Below, piece by piece: positions 47,775-57,098 of a stretch of 64,000 nt of DNA. Under the pieces are notes generated by a model. It saw only the letters and a program-made list of their open reading frames with translations. It did not search any database and had not been told where the DNA came from. Numbering within the stretch: position 1 is the first letter of the stretch; each line of letters opens with the position of its first letter. A program made the translations under genes and the position numbers. Origin of the DNA: Myxococcales bacterium (GTDB lineage: Bacteria; UBA10199; 2-02-FULL-44-16; JAAZCA01); assembly GCA_012513515.1 (NCBI GenBank), contig JAAZCA010000036.1, positions 9,045 to 73,044 on the forward strand, in the 5' to 3' direction.

Positions 47775-50114
47775 TTACCTTTCTTTGATGTATCGCTGAA
47801 TCTGTCTGAACTGGCTCTTTCCATCGAGACCTGCCTGCTGCATTACTGCGCGGGCCTCGCCGCTTCCTAAATAGTGTCCGTTTTGGAATGGATGCATGGT
47901 CATCGAGAGTCCGGATTCTGATCTGATCCACCGAAACATGGTCGGCAGGGTGAAGCCCGTTATTCCAATAGCGTTTTTCGAAGCTGTTTCCGGAAAGATC
48001 TCACGCTGTTTTTCAATCGGCAACATGTCGAATATCTCGGCGCTGGATACGTAATACACATCCAGGTTCATTCCAGCCTGACGGATGAGTGGAAGCGCTT
48101 CTTCGACGAAGGCGTATGCTACTCCGCTTCCTTGTATGACTATCGTGGCCTCGCTCTTTCCATTTGCCTCTACGAGTTTGTAGAGACCGTTTGAAGTCTC
48201 AAGCACCGGGGCGAGATTGAGCGCTTTCCTGTCATAGACCGTTTCGCTCGGACGCGTCACGAACGGGGCTATCACCGCCGGCCTTTTTGCAAGGGCGGTG
48301 GAGAGCAGTGGCCACACTTCCTGGGGATCCCATGGCGTCATGGTTATCATCGTCCCTCGCGGGAAGTTTTCCTGCAGGAGTTGAAGTGCCTGCGGATCGG
48401 CGTGCGTAGGTCCATCCTCTCCGGTTTTTAATCCTGCGTGTGCGCATACGAGTATGAAAGTCTTGTAAGGTTCTTTTTTGATCTCTTGGCGCGACTGGCT
48501 TCCGATGCAATGCAGCCTCGCAGCTATATGCCCAAGCGGCGCTATGAATGCGCCGTACGAGGAACCGGCGCCGATGTTGTGACCGAAGGTGCTAAGGCCG
48601 GAGAGAACGCCTGCCATCGCATCTTCACATATACCCCCTACTGACAGAGTTCTCGCGCCTGCGTTGGAGATCGCGTTGAAAAATCCGGCGGGAAATTCCT
48701 TTCCGACTTCGTTGAAACTGGTTGAACCGAGAAGGTCCGCCGCCGCGACCAATATGGCTCCGCCGCTTTTCTTGTTGAGATAGCCGAGAGCTTTCCCCAG
48801 TTCCCCTCTCAACGTAGTTGACGATCCAGACTGAATGGCAAGTTTGGATGGAACCTTTAATCCCTCCTCCTTGGCCGTGCGATATACGGCTTCCATGTCG
48901 GGAGCGTTTGCACGTGGCTTTCTGGAAAGTTTTGCCAGTCTGCTGCGCGATTCGGATATTTTCTTCGCAAGGTAGGCGCATGTATCCGGGTTATTTTCCA
49001 AAGCCATGCGGATTGCCTTTAGGGCTTCCCAGAAGCATGCCTCGCCGACTGTGGAATCGTCGGAGCATCTTTTCTCATTCTCACAGCGCGGAATTTCCGA
49101 AATACGGTCCCCTATCAGCGGTCCGAGCGTCTTAAAATATCCGTCCGTGCAAAGTTTATGACCAGCTCCATGCGATGCCCGCCCTTCGATTCCATACTGC
49201 CATCCTTTGATTGTCCTGTACACGATAGCCGTCGGCTGCCCGTTGTTCAGTTCGGATGCTTTTTTCTGAGCTGCGAGTATCTGCGCGAAGTTCTTTCCAT
49301 CCGGGACGGAAATGACATTCCAGTCGTACAGATATGCGAATTCAGCAGGGTTCCACTGGACGTAGTCTCCCGGCTTATCGCCTTCGCGGCAGACGGCGTT
49401 GGAGTCAATGGATGCCTGGTTCCAGTCGACGTGCATCATTATGTTGGCTAGCGATGATGTTCCGGCGGATGCGAATGCCTCGGCGACCCTGCCCGGGGTC
49501 ATTCCTCCTTCTCCCTCCACTACGTGAACTACCGGCGCGTTCTTGCCGAACCTGTCGGCGGCTCCGAATGCCAGCCCCAATGATGCTGCCACTCCAACCC
49601 CGGAGGCCCCGGTCGAAAGCTTCACGAAGGGGGTCGCTGGTGTGGGATGTCCGTCGAGAGGCTTGGAGTTGAATTTTTTAAACAGCGGAGTTGATGTAGT
49701 AGGGTTTCTTCTGAAACCGAGCAGATCCTCTAACCTTAATTGAAGTTTTACATCCTTCGGAAGAAGATCCGGATCTGCTATGCGGACTATTTCGTTTCTC
49801 AGTGCCCACATCGCGTAGAGCCCCAGGGCCTTGTGTCCTGCAGCATAGGATATCATGTCCGCATCTTCCCTGTCCGGATCGGAGATATCGTAATTCATCG
49901 TTTCAAATAGTAGCGATGATACGAATCTCCCAGACGATATCGATCCGCCAGGATGCCCTGAAGTGGGCACGTAATTGTACATCATTGCGCAAAGAGTGCG
50001 ATAGACTAGATCCAGTTTTTCAAGGTGATCAATCCCGGCACTTGCATCAGCAGTTTTAATTTCCTTCGATATGTCGATGTAAGTTCCGCGCCTCGGTCCG
50101 AATTCGAATGACAT
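47775..50114 (-). CDS. Transketolase-like TPP enzyme (atypical)
   Basis: SGHPGGSIS, GHPTP, GEGG...DWN, HGAGH, GICED, GEDGPTH. Confidence 0.85.
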   Translation of the reverse strand: MSFEFGPRRGTYIDISKEIKTADASAGIDHLEKLDLVYRTLCAMMYNYVPTSGHPGGSISSGRFVSSLLFETMNYDISDPDREDADMISYAAGHKALGLYAMWALRNEIVRIADPDLLPKDVKLQLRLEDLLGFRRNPTTSTPLFKKFNSKPLDGHPTPATPFVKLSTGASGVGVAASLGLAFGAADRFGKNAPVVHVVEGEGGMTPGRVAEAFASAGTSSLANIMMHVDWNQASIDSNAVCREGDKPGDYVQWNPAEFAYLYDWNVISVPDGKNFAQILAAQKKASELNNGQPTAIVYRTIKGWQYGIEGRASHGAGHKLCTDGYFKTLGPLIGDRISEIPRCENEKRCSDDSTVGEACFWEALKAIRMALENNPDTCAYLAKKISESRSRLAKLSRKPRANAPDMEAVYRTAKEEGLKVPSKLAIQSGSSTTLRGELGKALGYLNKKSGGAILVAAADLLGSTSFNEVGKEFPAGFFNAISNAGARTLSVGGICEDAMAGVLSGLSTFGHNIGAGSSYGAFIAPLGHIAARLHCIGSQSRQEIKKEPYKTFILVCAHAGLKTGEDGPTHADPQALQLLQENFPRGTMITMTPWDPQEVWPLLSTALAKRPAVIAPFVTRPSETVYDRKALNLAPVLETSNGLYKLVEANGKSEATIVIQGSGVAYAFVEEALPLIRQAGMNLDVYYVSSAEIFDMLPIEKQREIFPETASKNAIGITGFTLPTMFRWIRSESGLSMTMHPFQNGHYLGSGEARAVMQQAGLDGKSQFRQIQRYIKER

Positions 50115-50138
50115 TACGTTCTCCTTTTTTGTTGTTGG

Positions 50139-51431
50139 TCAGCTGAGACGTTTGCCTTCCTTTATGAAAGCGGCAAAGCCATCACGATCGCGGGCCGCTT
50201 TCGATATCCGTTCAACGCCATTTTTCAGGTCCTCTATTCCGGTTGCGATGGAGAGCCTCAAGAAATGCTTCCCCGCGGTTCCTATTTTTCCGAAGGATTT
50301 TCTATCCATCGACGCCACGTGATATTTGAATAGAAGGAACATCTGAAACAGAGTCGACGGGCTAGTTTTCGCTTTTACTTCATCTGGAAGCGAATTGTAG
50401 GCAGATACAGCGCCTATGCTTTCGCATACACCGCCGATGTTCGGAAATACGTAGAAAGCACCTTTCGGCTTCTGACAGCTTATGCCCTCTATCGAATTTA
50501 GCCCCGATACTACGACGTCGCGGCGCTCTTGAAAGGCGGTGACCATCTTGCGTATTTCGGCCGGACTCTCCGGTGATTCGATTGCGACTTTTGCCCCCAT
50601 CTGGTTGTAGGCCGGTATGCAGGAAAAGTAATTGATGTTGAGGTTCTTGAATGTTTGCGCTTCTTCGGCGGTAGGGAATACAGCCCATCCCACTCTGCCT
50701 CCAGTCCAGGAGTATGACTTTGAGACTCCCGATATGATTATAGTATTGTCGGGCATGAGCGGGGCGATGCTCCGGTGGACGCTTCCGTCGAAGAGTATGT
50801 GCTCGTAAACTTCATCCGAGTAGATCCTGATGTCCGGGTTTGCTTTCTTTTTTATCACCCTCGCGATTTCCGATAGCTGTTCTTCGGTCGCGACGCCGCC
50901 AGTGGGATTCGAGGGAAAATTGATGTAAATTAGCTTGGTTTTATCCGTGATCAGCGGTTCGAGCTCAGCTCCCGTAAAACTGAAACCGGCTTCTTCCCTC
51001 AGATGCAGCGGAACAGGCTTCGCCCCGATGTAGGCTATGAAAGATTCGTATATCGGGAACCCGGGGCTGGGATAGATTATTTCATCCCCCGGATTGCAGT
51101 AGGTCTGCTGGCACAAGCCTATCGGAGGTTTTGCGCCCGGGAAGACGACGACCCTGTCCGGTGTTACGCTGATGCCTCTTGATTTGGAGATATAGGATGC
51201 TATCGCCTCGCGAAGCGGAAGTATCCCCTGTGGATCGCAGTAGTGGGTGAGGTCGTTGTCGATCTGCTTTTTAACTTCTTCGCGGATATGTTTGGGCAGG
51301 GCGAAATCGGGTTCGCCCAAATTGCATTTGATGACTTTGTGGCCCTGCTTCTCCACCTCCGCGATGTAAGGCCCGACTTTAAATGCATTTTCCGTGTCGA
51401 TCTTTGAAACCCTTTCCGCATACAGATTCAT
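50139..51431 (-). CDS. Class I/II PLP aminotransferase
   Basis: NLGEPDF, NFPSNPTG, SDEVY, SKSYSWTGGRVG. Confidence 0.92.
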   Translation of the reverse strand: MNLYAERVSKIDTENAFKVGPYIAEVEKQGHKVIKCNLGEPDFALPKHIREEVKKQIDNDLTHYCDPQGILPLREAIASYISKSRGISVTPDRVVVFPGAKPPIGLCQQTYCNPGDEIIYPSPGFPIYESFIAYIGAKPVPLHLREEAGFSFTGAELEPLITDKTKLIYINFPSNPTGGVATEEQLSEIARVIKKKANPDIRIYSDEVYEHILFDGSVHRSIAPLMPDNTIIISGVSKSYSWTGGRVGWAVFPTAEEAQTFKNLNINYFSCIPAYNQMGAKVAIESPESPAEIRKMVTAFQERRDVVVSGLNSIEGISCQKPKGAFYVFPNIGGVCESIGAVSAYNSLPDEVKAKTSPSTLFQMFLLFKYHVASMDRKSFGKIGTAGKHFLRLSIATGIEDLKNGVERISKAARDRDGFAAFIKEGKRLS

Positions 51432-51592
51432 GTAACCCTCCCTGGTTTTGTTCAAAATCCGATGTGGGGCGCACTCTAGTGCTGATATCCCATTTAGTCA
51501 ACCTCTGCTGGTTGCAGGTTTTCCTTGTCGGCTTGACCTTAAGCGGAAATTCACTTAGATTGTTGCGCCAATCAAAAAGGTACGTGATTTCA

Positions 51593-51853
51593 ATGAAAAA
51601 GCTTATTATAAGGAAGGCTTCAAATCCATTTTATTTTCATTCCAGACTTCATCTGAGGGAATTGATCGGCTTGAGGGCTTCGAACCCTCATCAGTTTTCG
51701 ATGGCAGATACCGCCGCAGAGACTTCGACAAGAACTCTTAGAGACAAAATAGTCGATGCGATCGAAAACGCCCTTACGGAAATATCTTTGCTTATAGATG
51801 GGCGGAAAAATTTGTTTCAGAACTCGCCTCGCTGGTTTGAATTAAAATTATGA
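51593..51853 (+). CDS. Possible small hypothetical protein
   Basis: ATG-initiated ORF whose stop overlaps the otsB start (ATGA); no motif. Confidence 0.3.
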   Translation: MKKLIIRKASNPFYFHSRLHLRELIGLRASNPHQFSMADTAAETSTRTLRDKIVDAIENALTEISLLIDGRKNLFQNSPRWFELKL

Positions 51854-52632
51854 AATATTTGCCTCATTCAATTCCATTCATAAAAAAGAGAGCCGTTGCA
51901 TCCAAGGGGGTGCTCCTCCTCTTTGACTTCGATGGAACGATAGCCCCGATAGTCGGGGATCCCCTGAAGGCTGAAATGCTGCCCCATTGGCGCGATTGGC
52001 TCGTTGCCCTTATGGGGAAGAATAATATTGAAGTAGGTGTCGTAACAGGACGCGCCCAACCAGATGCTGGGGAGAAGGTCCGCATAGATCGTATGCTCAT
52101 AGCCTCGGATCATGGCTATGAGATATGGCGCGGTCGCAAAAAAATATTTTCTATAGGGTCAGAGTTTACCGCCGAGATTAAAAAATTGGGGTCTGTGGTC
52201 TATAAAAAATTCGGGTCAATCTCAGGCGTCAGTATAGAGCAGAAAGATTATTCAGTCGCTCTTCATTACAGACATGTGGATGTGAAAAAGCAGAGCTTGC
52301 TGGTTAAGGAATATATGGAAATGATTCGGCCCATTCTAAAAGAGCAGAACCTCGAGCTTATGAGGGCGAAAAAACTTTTTGAGGTCAGACCTAAAAAGTT
52401 TTGGGACAAGGGAAAGGGATCGAAATGGATATGGGAAAATATCGCGCCCGGATATCTTCCCGTTTATTTTGGCGATGATACGACCGATGAAGATGCATTC
52501 AAGGAACTGAAGTCATCTGGTATCACCGTTCGTGTCGGTCTGAAAAAGAGCAGCAAGGCGGAGTATTATGTCAGAGAGATAGACGATGCCGCTCCTCTCA
52601 TGAAGTGGCTACTCGAGGAATACGGGCGTTGA
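51850..52632 (+). CDS. otsB: Trehalose-6-phosphate phosphatase (HAD IIB)
   Basis: FDFDGTIAPI, VTGR, VALHYR, EVRP..WDKG, GDDTTDEDAF. Confidence 0.92.
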   Translation: MKYLPHSIPFIKKRAVASKGVLLLFDFDGTIAPIVGDPLKAEMLPHWRDWLVALMGKNNIEVGVVTGRAQPDAGEKVRIDRMLIASDHGYEIWRGRKKIFSIGSEFTAEIKKLGSVVYKKFGSISGVSIEQKDYSVALHYRHVDVKKQSLLVKEYMEMIRPILKEQNLELMRAKKLFEVRPKKFWDKGKGSKWIWENIAPGYLPVYFGDDTTDEDAFKELKSSGITVRVGLKKSSKAEYYVREIDDAAPLMKWLLEEYGR

Positions 52633-52648
52633 TGCTCCTGGATTTTCT

Positions 52649-53638
52649 TTAAGCTTTCCTTAGGTATTCCGCTGCGGTTTCCGGAGGGGTCGGATTTATG
52701 TAGAAATCGGTTCCTCTTTCAAACCCGGCTATTATGTTGAGGGACGGAGCTATTTCGATGTGCCAGTGATATATACCCTCAAGGTTTTCACCAAATGGCG
52801 ATGTGTGCAGCATCATGTTGTATGGAGGATCCTTCAAGGTTTGCTTCATTTTTGTCAGGACGGATTTCAATATCTCTGCCAAGCAGGTGATTTCGGAATC
52901 AGAGATATTTTCAAAAGAGCTTTCGTGCCGCCGCGGCAATATCCATGTTTCAAAGGCGTAACGGGGTGCAAAAGGACAGATGGCGGCAAATTTTTCATTC
53001 AGGAGAACTATCCTGGATTCTTGTTTTATTTCATCATCCAGCATCTTGCAGAATATGCACCCGCCCGTCGAGCGATTGAACTCTTTGGCAGGTGTGATTT
53101 CTTCCGAGAGAGCCTTCGGCGTTATCGGAAGCCCTATTATTTGCGAATGCGGATGTTCACGGCTGGCTCCGGCGCTCTGTCCATTATTCCTGAAGAGCAT
53201 GGCATATTTCACCGATCCGAGTTTTTTCATATGATCGAACCTTGCCGTGCAGGTTTTAAGAAAATCCGAGATTTCTTGGACGCCCAGGTCGGCTAGCGTC
53301 ACGGAATGTTTTGGCGTTTCGACGATGACCTCGTGGGTTCCGTGTCCTGCCATGTTTTTGTATATGCCATTCGAATTTAGTTCGGGCAGGGGACCCTCGG
53401 CAAGAGCCGCAAATTTGTTAGGGACAACCCTGGTTTTCCATCCCTGGGAATTTGCCTCGGTCCCTTCCCTTATCGCAAAAACTTCTTCGGGGGTCATCGA
53501 TTCATTTCCCTGGCAAAAGGGGCAGACCCCCTCTTTGCGCTCCGCTTTTGAGACGGTAAAATCTTCGGGGCGCTTGGCCCTCTCCGGGCTTATTATTACC
53601 CATCTTTCGGTGATTGGATCTTTTCTCAGTTCTGGCAT
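52649..53638 (-). CDS. galT: Galactose-1-phosphate uridylyltransferase family
   Basis: ELRKDP, CPFC.GNE, GAS.EHPHSQ, YHWH, AGFE. Confidence 0.92.
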   Translation of the reverse strand: MPELRKDPITERWVIISPERAKRPEDFTVSKAERKEGVCPFCQGNESMTPEEVFAIREGTEANSQGWKTRVVPNKFAALAEGPLPELNSNGIYKNMAGHGTHEVIVETPKHSVTLADLGVQEISDFLKTCTARFDHMKKLGSVKYAMLFRNNGQSAGASREHPHSQIIGLPITPKALSEEITPAKEFNRSTGGCIFCKMLDDEIKQESRIVLLNEKFAAICPFAPRYAFETWILPRRHESSFENISDSEITCLAEILKSVLTKMKQTLKDPPYNMMLHTSPFGENLEGIYHWHIEIAPSLNIIAGFERGTDFYINPTPPETAAEYLRKA

Positions 53639-53656
53639 TTTGTTTCCTCGTATAAG

Positions 53657-54166
53657 TTAGAAAAAGATTTCAAACATTCCGCGTCCGGCTATCGTAGCTG
53701 CCGTGACTGCGACCCCTGCCAAAAAAACGCCGATCGTGTTCGCTACATAGAAGTTTTTTCGGCTCATTCCAAGAAGGTATGCCCCGACCGCCCCCGAATA
53801 GCTGCCGCTTCCGGGCAGAGGTATCGCGACGAATATCGCTATGCCAAGCGTGCCCCATTTCTCCACATACGGATGAACTTTTTTCTGAGCGTGTGAGGTG
53901 AAGCGGTTCCAAGCTTTTCCTATTAGTGGAATTTTAGACAGGAGCCTCATGATTTTATCGATCATCGGGTATAGTATGAAACCCAAGATTGCGTTCGCGG
54001 CTACGCATATTGTGAACGCCGACAGCCACCACATCCCCATCCCTTCAACGTGAAGGCCGAGTGGAAGATCGACTCGTCCACTGAGGATTCCGTATGGAAT
54101 TGAGGCCCTCAGCTCGAATGCCGGTATCATGGTTATTACGAACAGAATCAGAATATTTTTTATCAT
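53657..54166 (-). CDS. COG2426 'small multidrug export' family membrane protein
   Basis: PAFELRASIP and FVAIPLPGSGSYSG motifs; ATG overlaps upstream stop. Confidence 0.82.
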   Translation of the reverse strand: MIKNILILFVITMIPAFELRASIPYGILSGRVDLPLGLHVEGMGMWWLSAFTICVAANAILGFILYPMIDKIMRLLSKIPLIGKAWNRFTSHAQKKVHPYVEKWGTLGIAIFVAIPLPGSGSYSGAVGAYLLGMSRKNFYVANTIGVFLAGVAVTAATIAGRGMFEIFF

Positions 54167-55074
54167 TTGATCTTCCGGTATCTGCCGATTTTGAGATATC
54201 TGCCTATGTTTGCATCCTTCGATTTTTTTGGGATGATAGCGCCGATTGAACTCGTCATTATCGTAGCCATCCCGGGGCCGTGACCGGAAAGGTGCGAGTC
54301 GCCGTGTATCACTACCGCCACCGTTATCGCGCCGCCACGGTGGCACCATCCGAAGCTTGCATCGCAGTCCGCTATTGCAACGATGTCTCCCAGCTTCAAA
54401 TCGAGAAGATCGTTTTGCTCCAGCAAATTTTTATCGGAGGATATCAGGTCGATATCTCCGCTTTTTGAATGCGTGGATCCCATTCCGGAACCGGTCAACT
54501 TTGCGGGAACTATTTTTGCTACCTCCACCTCAAGCTTTTTGCCGAGGGATTTCGGGGACATTTTATGAAGGAGTTCAGGATCGAGTGAGGATAATGTAAT
54601 TTCCGGGAAATCCTCCAGACACAGCCCCTGTCCGAAGGTCCTGATCTGTATTTTGTCGTCGAGCGACATCTTTTCAAACACATCCTTTGGGAAATCTATG
54701 ATTACATGTTCCACTCCGCCATGGTGGCCGGTGACTACTCCTTTTTTGCCAGCCATTTTTCCGCCGATGATTACCGCCTCGTTTCCTATGCAGGTCAGGA
54801 AATTGAACGCCACGTTGGGGCGTTCCTTTCGCTTTTCCGCATTGTGAACTGTGGAGACGCACGGTTCTATATGATCGGCCGCCCAGCCAAAAGCCGGATC
54901 TCCCACTAGCACGTTGAAGGTGATGCCACCTACGCTGGGGATGTTGTGGATTTTCCCGTCGCTGCCTATCTCATTTGGATAGGCCAGCGCCGGAGCTGGC
55001 TTGCCCTCGACTGCAATTTTTACCAGGCGCTTTTCGTTCGTCTTAAGCTTCATCGGTACCCTTTCTTTTGTCAC
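54163..55074 (-). CDS. DUF4438-family protein
   Basis: GGITFNV.VGD.AFGWAADHIEP, CIGN, GHHGG, HGDSHLSGHGPG. Confidence 0.8.
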   Translation of the reverse strand: MTKERVPMKLKTNEKRLVKIAVEGKPAPALAYPNEIGSDGKIHNIPSVGGITFNVLVGDPAFGWAADHIEPCVSTVHNAEKRKERPNVAFNFLTCIGNEAVIIGGKMAGKKGVVTGHHGGVEHVIIDFPKDVFEKMSLDDKIQIRTFGQGLCLEDFPEITLSSLDPELLHKMSPKSLGKKLEVEVAKIVPAKLTGSGMGSTHSKSGDIDLISSDKNLLEQNDLLDLKLGDIVAIADCDASFGWCHRGGAITVAVVIHGDSHLSGHGPGMATIMTSSIGAIIPKKSKDANIGRYLKIGRYRKIK

Positions 55075-56138
55075 AGCTCTACGAGTTTATATTTTCTGCT
55101 CCCCAGTCCGATTTTTTTGGCGTATTCGAGTTGCAGGCTGCAATCGAGCTCGGGATGGGCTTTTTTAAAGACGTCTCCGCTGTTTTGGACTACGAGTTCA
55201 AGCGATGCCGCATCTATCGCCACAGGATCTTCCGAGGCGAGTATCCCTACGTCGGCCGCTATCGGTTTTTCCCTTATTCCAGTGCAGTCGCAATTGGGCG
55301 TGATATGGCATACGAAATTAAAATAGTATGCAGGGATATCTTTCACCGCGCCCAGCGCGTATTCCACGATGCGCTCCTGAACATTTTTTGTCTCTTCGTT
55401 CCATGTGATCGAGAGCGCTGCCGTATGACACGCGATTATGCACTCACCACATCCAGCGCACAGCTTCTTATCGAGCTCAATCTTTCCGTCGGATAGCTTC
55501 AAAGCACTTTGCGCGCACGTAGGGATGCACATGCCGCATCCGACGCACTTTTGTGATGTGACTTTCGGCGCCGCGGATGAGTGCATTTCAAATTTTCCCT
55601 TCCTGGATCCGCATCCCATGCCGATATTTTTTATGGCTCCGCCGAATCCGGTGAGTACGTGACCCTTGAAATGCGATATTACGAGCATCCTGTCGGCGTT
55701 TGTTATTCCGGTGGCGATCTTTACCTTTGAAAAGTGTTTTCCTGGTATCGGTATCTCCCGATGTTCGTCTCCCAAAAGTCCGTCGGCTATGATTACCGGA
55801 ATTTGGAGCCTGTTAAGCGAGAAGCCGTGCTCCGCAGCTACCATGAGATGTTCCACCGCATTGTTTCTGGGGCCATGATAGATCGTGCATGTATCGGTGA
55901 GAAATGGTTTTGCCTTTTTGGACTTTGCAGCCCTTATGAACGGGCGGATAAATTCCGGTTTTACATGACCGTCTCCACCGCGTTCGCCGAAATGCATCTT
56001 AATGGCCAGATATTCACCCTTTGATATCGAGGAGGGGAAGGCGGACCTCTCGATCAGGCTATCTAGTCGGTCGCGTTTCTCCCACGGAAGAAAAATAACT
56101 TCCGGTGCTTTATCGGGATTTGTTTCTGCCAAGATCAT
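55071..56138 (-). CDS. DUF362 protein with 2[4Fe-4S] ferredoxin insert
   Basis: IKMHFGE, SHFKGH..GFGGAIKNIGMG, two CxxCxxC motifs, PNCDC, DPVAIDAA. Confidence 0.88.
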   Translation of the reverse strand: MILAETNPDKAPEVIFLPWEKRDRLDSLIERSAFPSSISKGEYLAIKMHFGERGGDGHVKPEFIRPFIRAAKSKKAKPFLTDTCTIYHGPRNNAVEHLMVAAEHGFSLNRLQIPVIIADGLLGDEHREIPIPGKHFSKVKIATGITNADRMLVISHFKGHVLTGFGGAIKNIGMGCGSRKGKFEMHSSAAPKVTSQKCVGCGMCIPTCAQSALKLSDGKIELDKKLCAGCGECIIACHTAALSITWNEETKNVQERIVEYALGAVKDIPAYYFNFVCHITPNCDCTGIREKPIAADVGILASEDPVAIDAASLELVVQNSGDVFKKAHPELDCSLQLEYAKKIGLGSRKYKLVEL

Positions 56139-56202
56139 ACCTCCGAAGGGGTTTGATTCATAGGTTATGGGCTGGTGTTGTCAATATAAACTCGTCATCA
56201 AG

Positions 56203-56305
56203 GTCATCATCCGTGCATGGTTTTGGCTGTGCCGCTTGCGGCGGACAGGTGGGGATTCCATGGCGATCGTGACTCGTGATCGGTAACGTCGGCATCCTGT
56301 CCGCC
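56203..56305. repeat. REP-like palindrome with nested hairpin
   Basis: GTCATC..GCATGGTTTTGGC[TGTGCCGCTTGCGGCGGACAG]GTGGGGATTCCA resembles 32875-32905; GGCGGACAGG also pairs with CCTGTCCGCC (56296-56305). Confidence 0.6.
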
Positions 56306-56353
56306 CGGTGTAGGTCGGTTTAAAATTTGTTGTAACGACAGCGGTTTTCGACC

Positions 56354-56381
56354 GTAATTTATCCCTTGCAGCGTCCGATAA
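56354..56381 (+). promoter_or_regulatory. Candidate sigma28-like promoter
   Basis: GTAATTT-N14-CCGATAA, 38 nt before the ATG at 56420. Confidence 0.45.
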
Positions 56382-56419
56382 CATTGGCTATTACCTCAAT
56401 CAGCGAAGAGGAGCTGCGT

Positions 56420-57037
56420 ATGAAATATAAGATATTGAAATACATAGGTTTTTTTGGGTTGCTGTGCGTTATTTCGCTTTTTCCGTCCAACTCCATAGCC
56501 TGCGGACATGAGGGGGTCTATCTTGGCGTCGGTTACTCCCAACTATTCATGTTCACGAACGCCATTCAAAATAATCCTTTTGGCGGTGGGGCGAAGGTTA
56601 AGTTCGGCCCCGGATACGGCGGCCATTTCATCGTTGGATACGATTTTCCGGGCTCTCGCTGGGGAATTCAGATCCCGTTTGAAATAAACAGGCTAAAGCT
56701 CAACCAGAGCGAATGGGTGAATTTCATCGACCTGTCGCTTGAGGGGGTCCTTCACATAGTGGAATGGAAAAACGGGGTCGACTTCCATCTGGTAGGAGGT
56801 GCGGGATGGTCTTACTTGACGGACGGGTCTATTGATAACAACAGCCAGGCAGGAGGCATTTCTGCGAGCTTTGGCCCTGGGCTTTCCTATTATTTTGCCC
56901 GGACTGAAAAGGTGAGCGCCTCGCTCACCCTCGAGGCGCCGTTTCGTTTCATACGCTTTTTCGGAGACAATATCTCCAGAGGCGGGGCCTCCGTCTTTGC
57001 ATTTCCAATCAGAATCGGAATGCAGGTCGGCTTCTAG
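56420..57037 (+). CDS. Small outer-membrane beta-barrel protein
   Basis: Signal peptide, alternating beta-strands (GVYLGVGY, HLVGGAGWSY), C-terminal Phe; GAGGAG RBS. Confidence 0.78.
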   Translation: MKYKILKYIGFFGLLCVISLFPSNSIACGHEGVYLGVGYSQLFMFTNAIQNNPFGGGAKVKFGPGYGGHFIVGYDFPGSRWGIQIPFEINRLKLNQSEWVNFIDLSLEGVLHIVEWKNGVDFHLVGGAGWSYLTDGSIDNNSQAGGISASFGPGLSYYFARTEKVSASLTLEAPFRFIRFFGDNISRGGASVFAFPIRIGMQVGF

Positions 57038-57063
57038 TACGCATTTTTGGCAAATCCTCTTAT

Positions 57064-57092
57064 TTGACAGCTAAAGCGGGGCGCGATAATCT
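57064..57092 (+). promoter_or_regulatory. Sigma70-type promoter
   Basis: TTGACA-17 nt-TAATCT just upstream of ATG at 57099 (leaderless-like spacing). Confidence 0.5.
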
Positions 57093-57098
57093 CATCTC

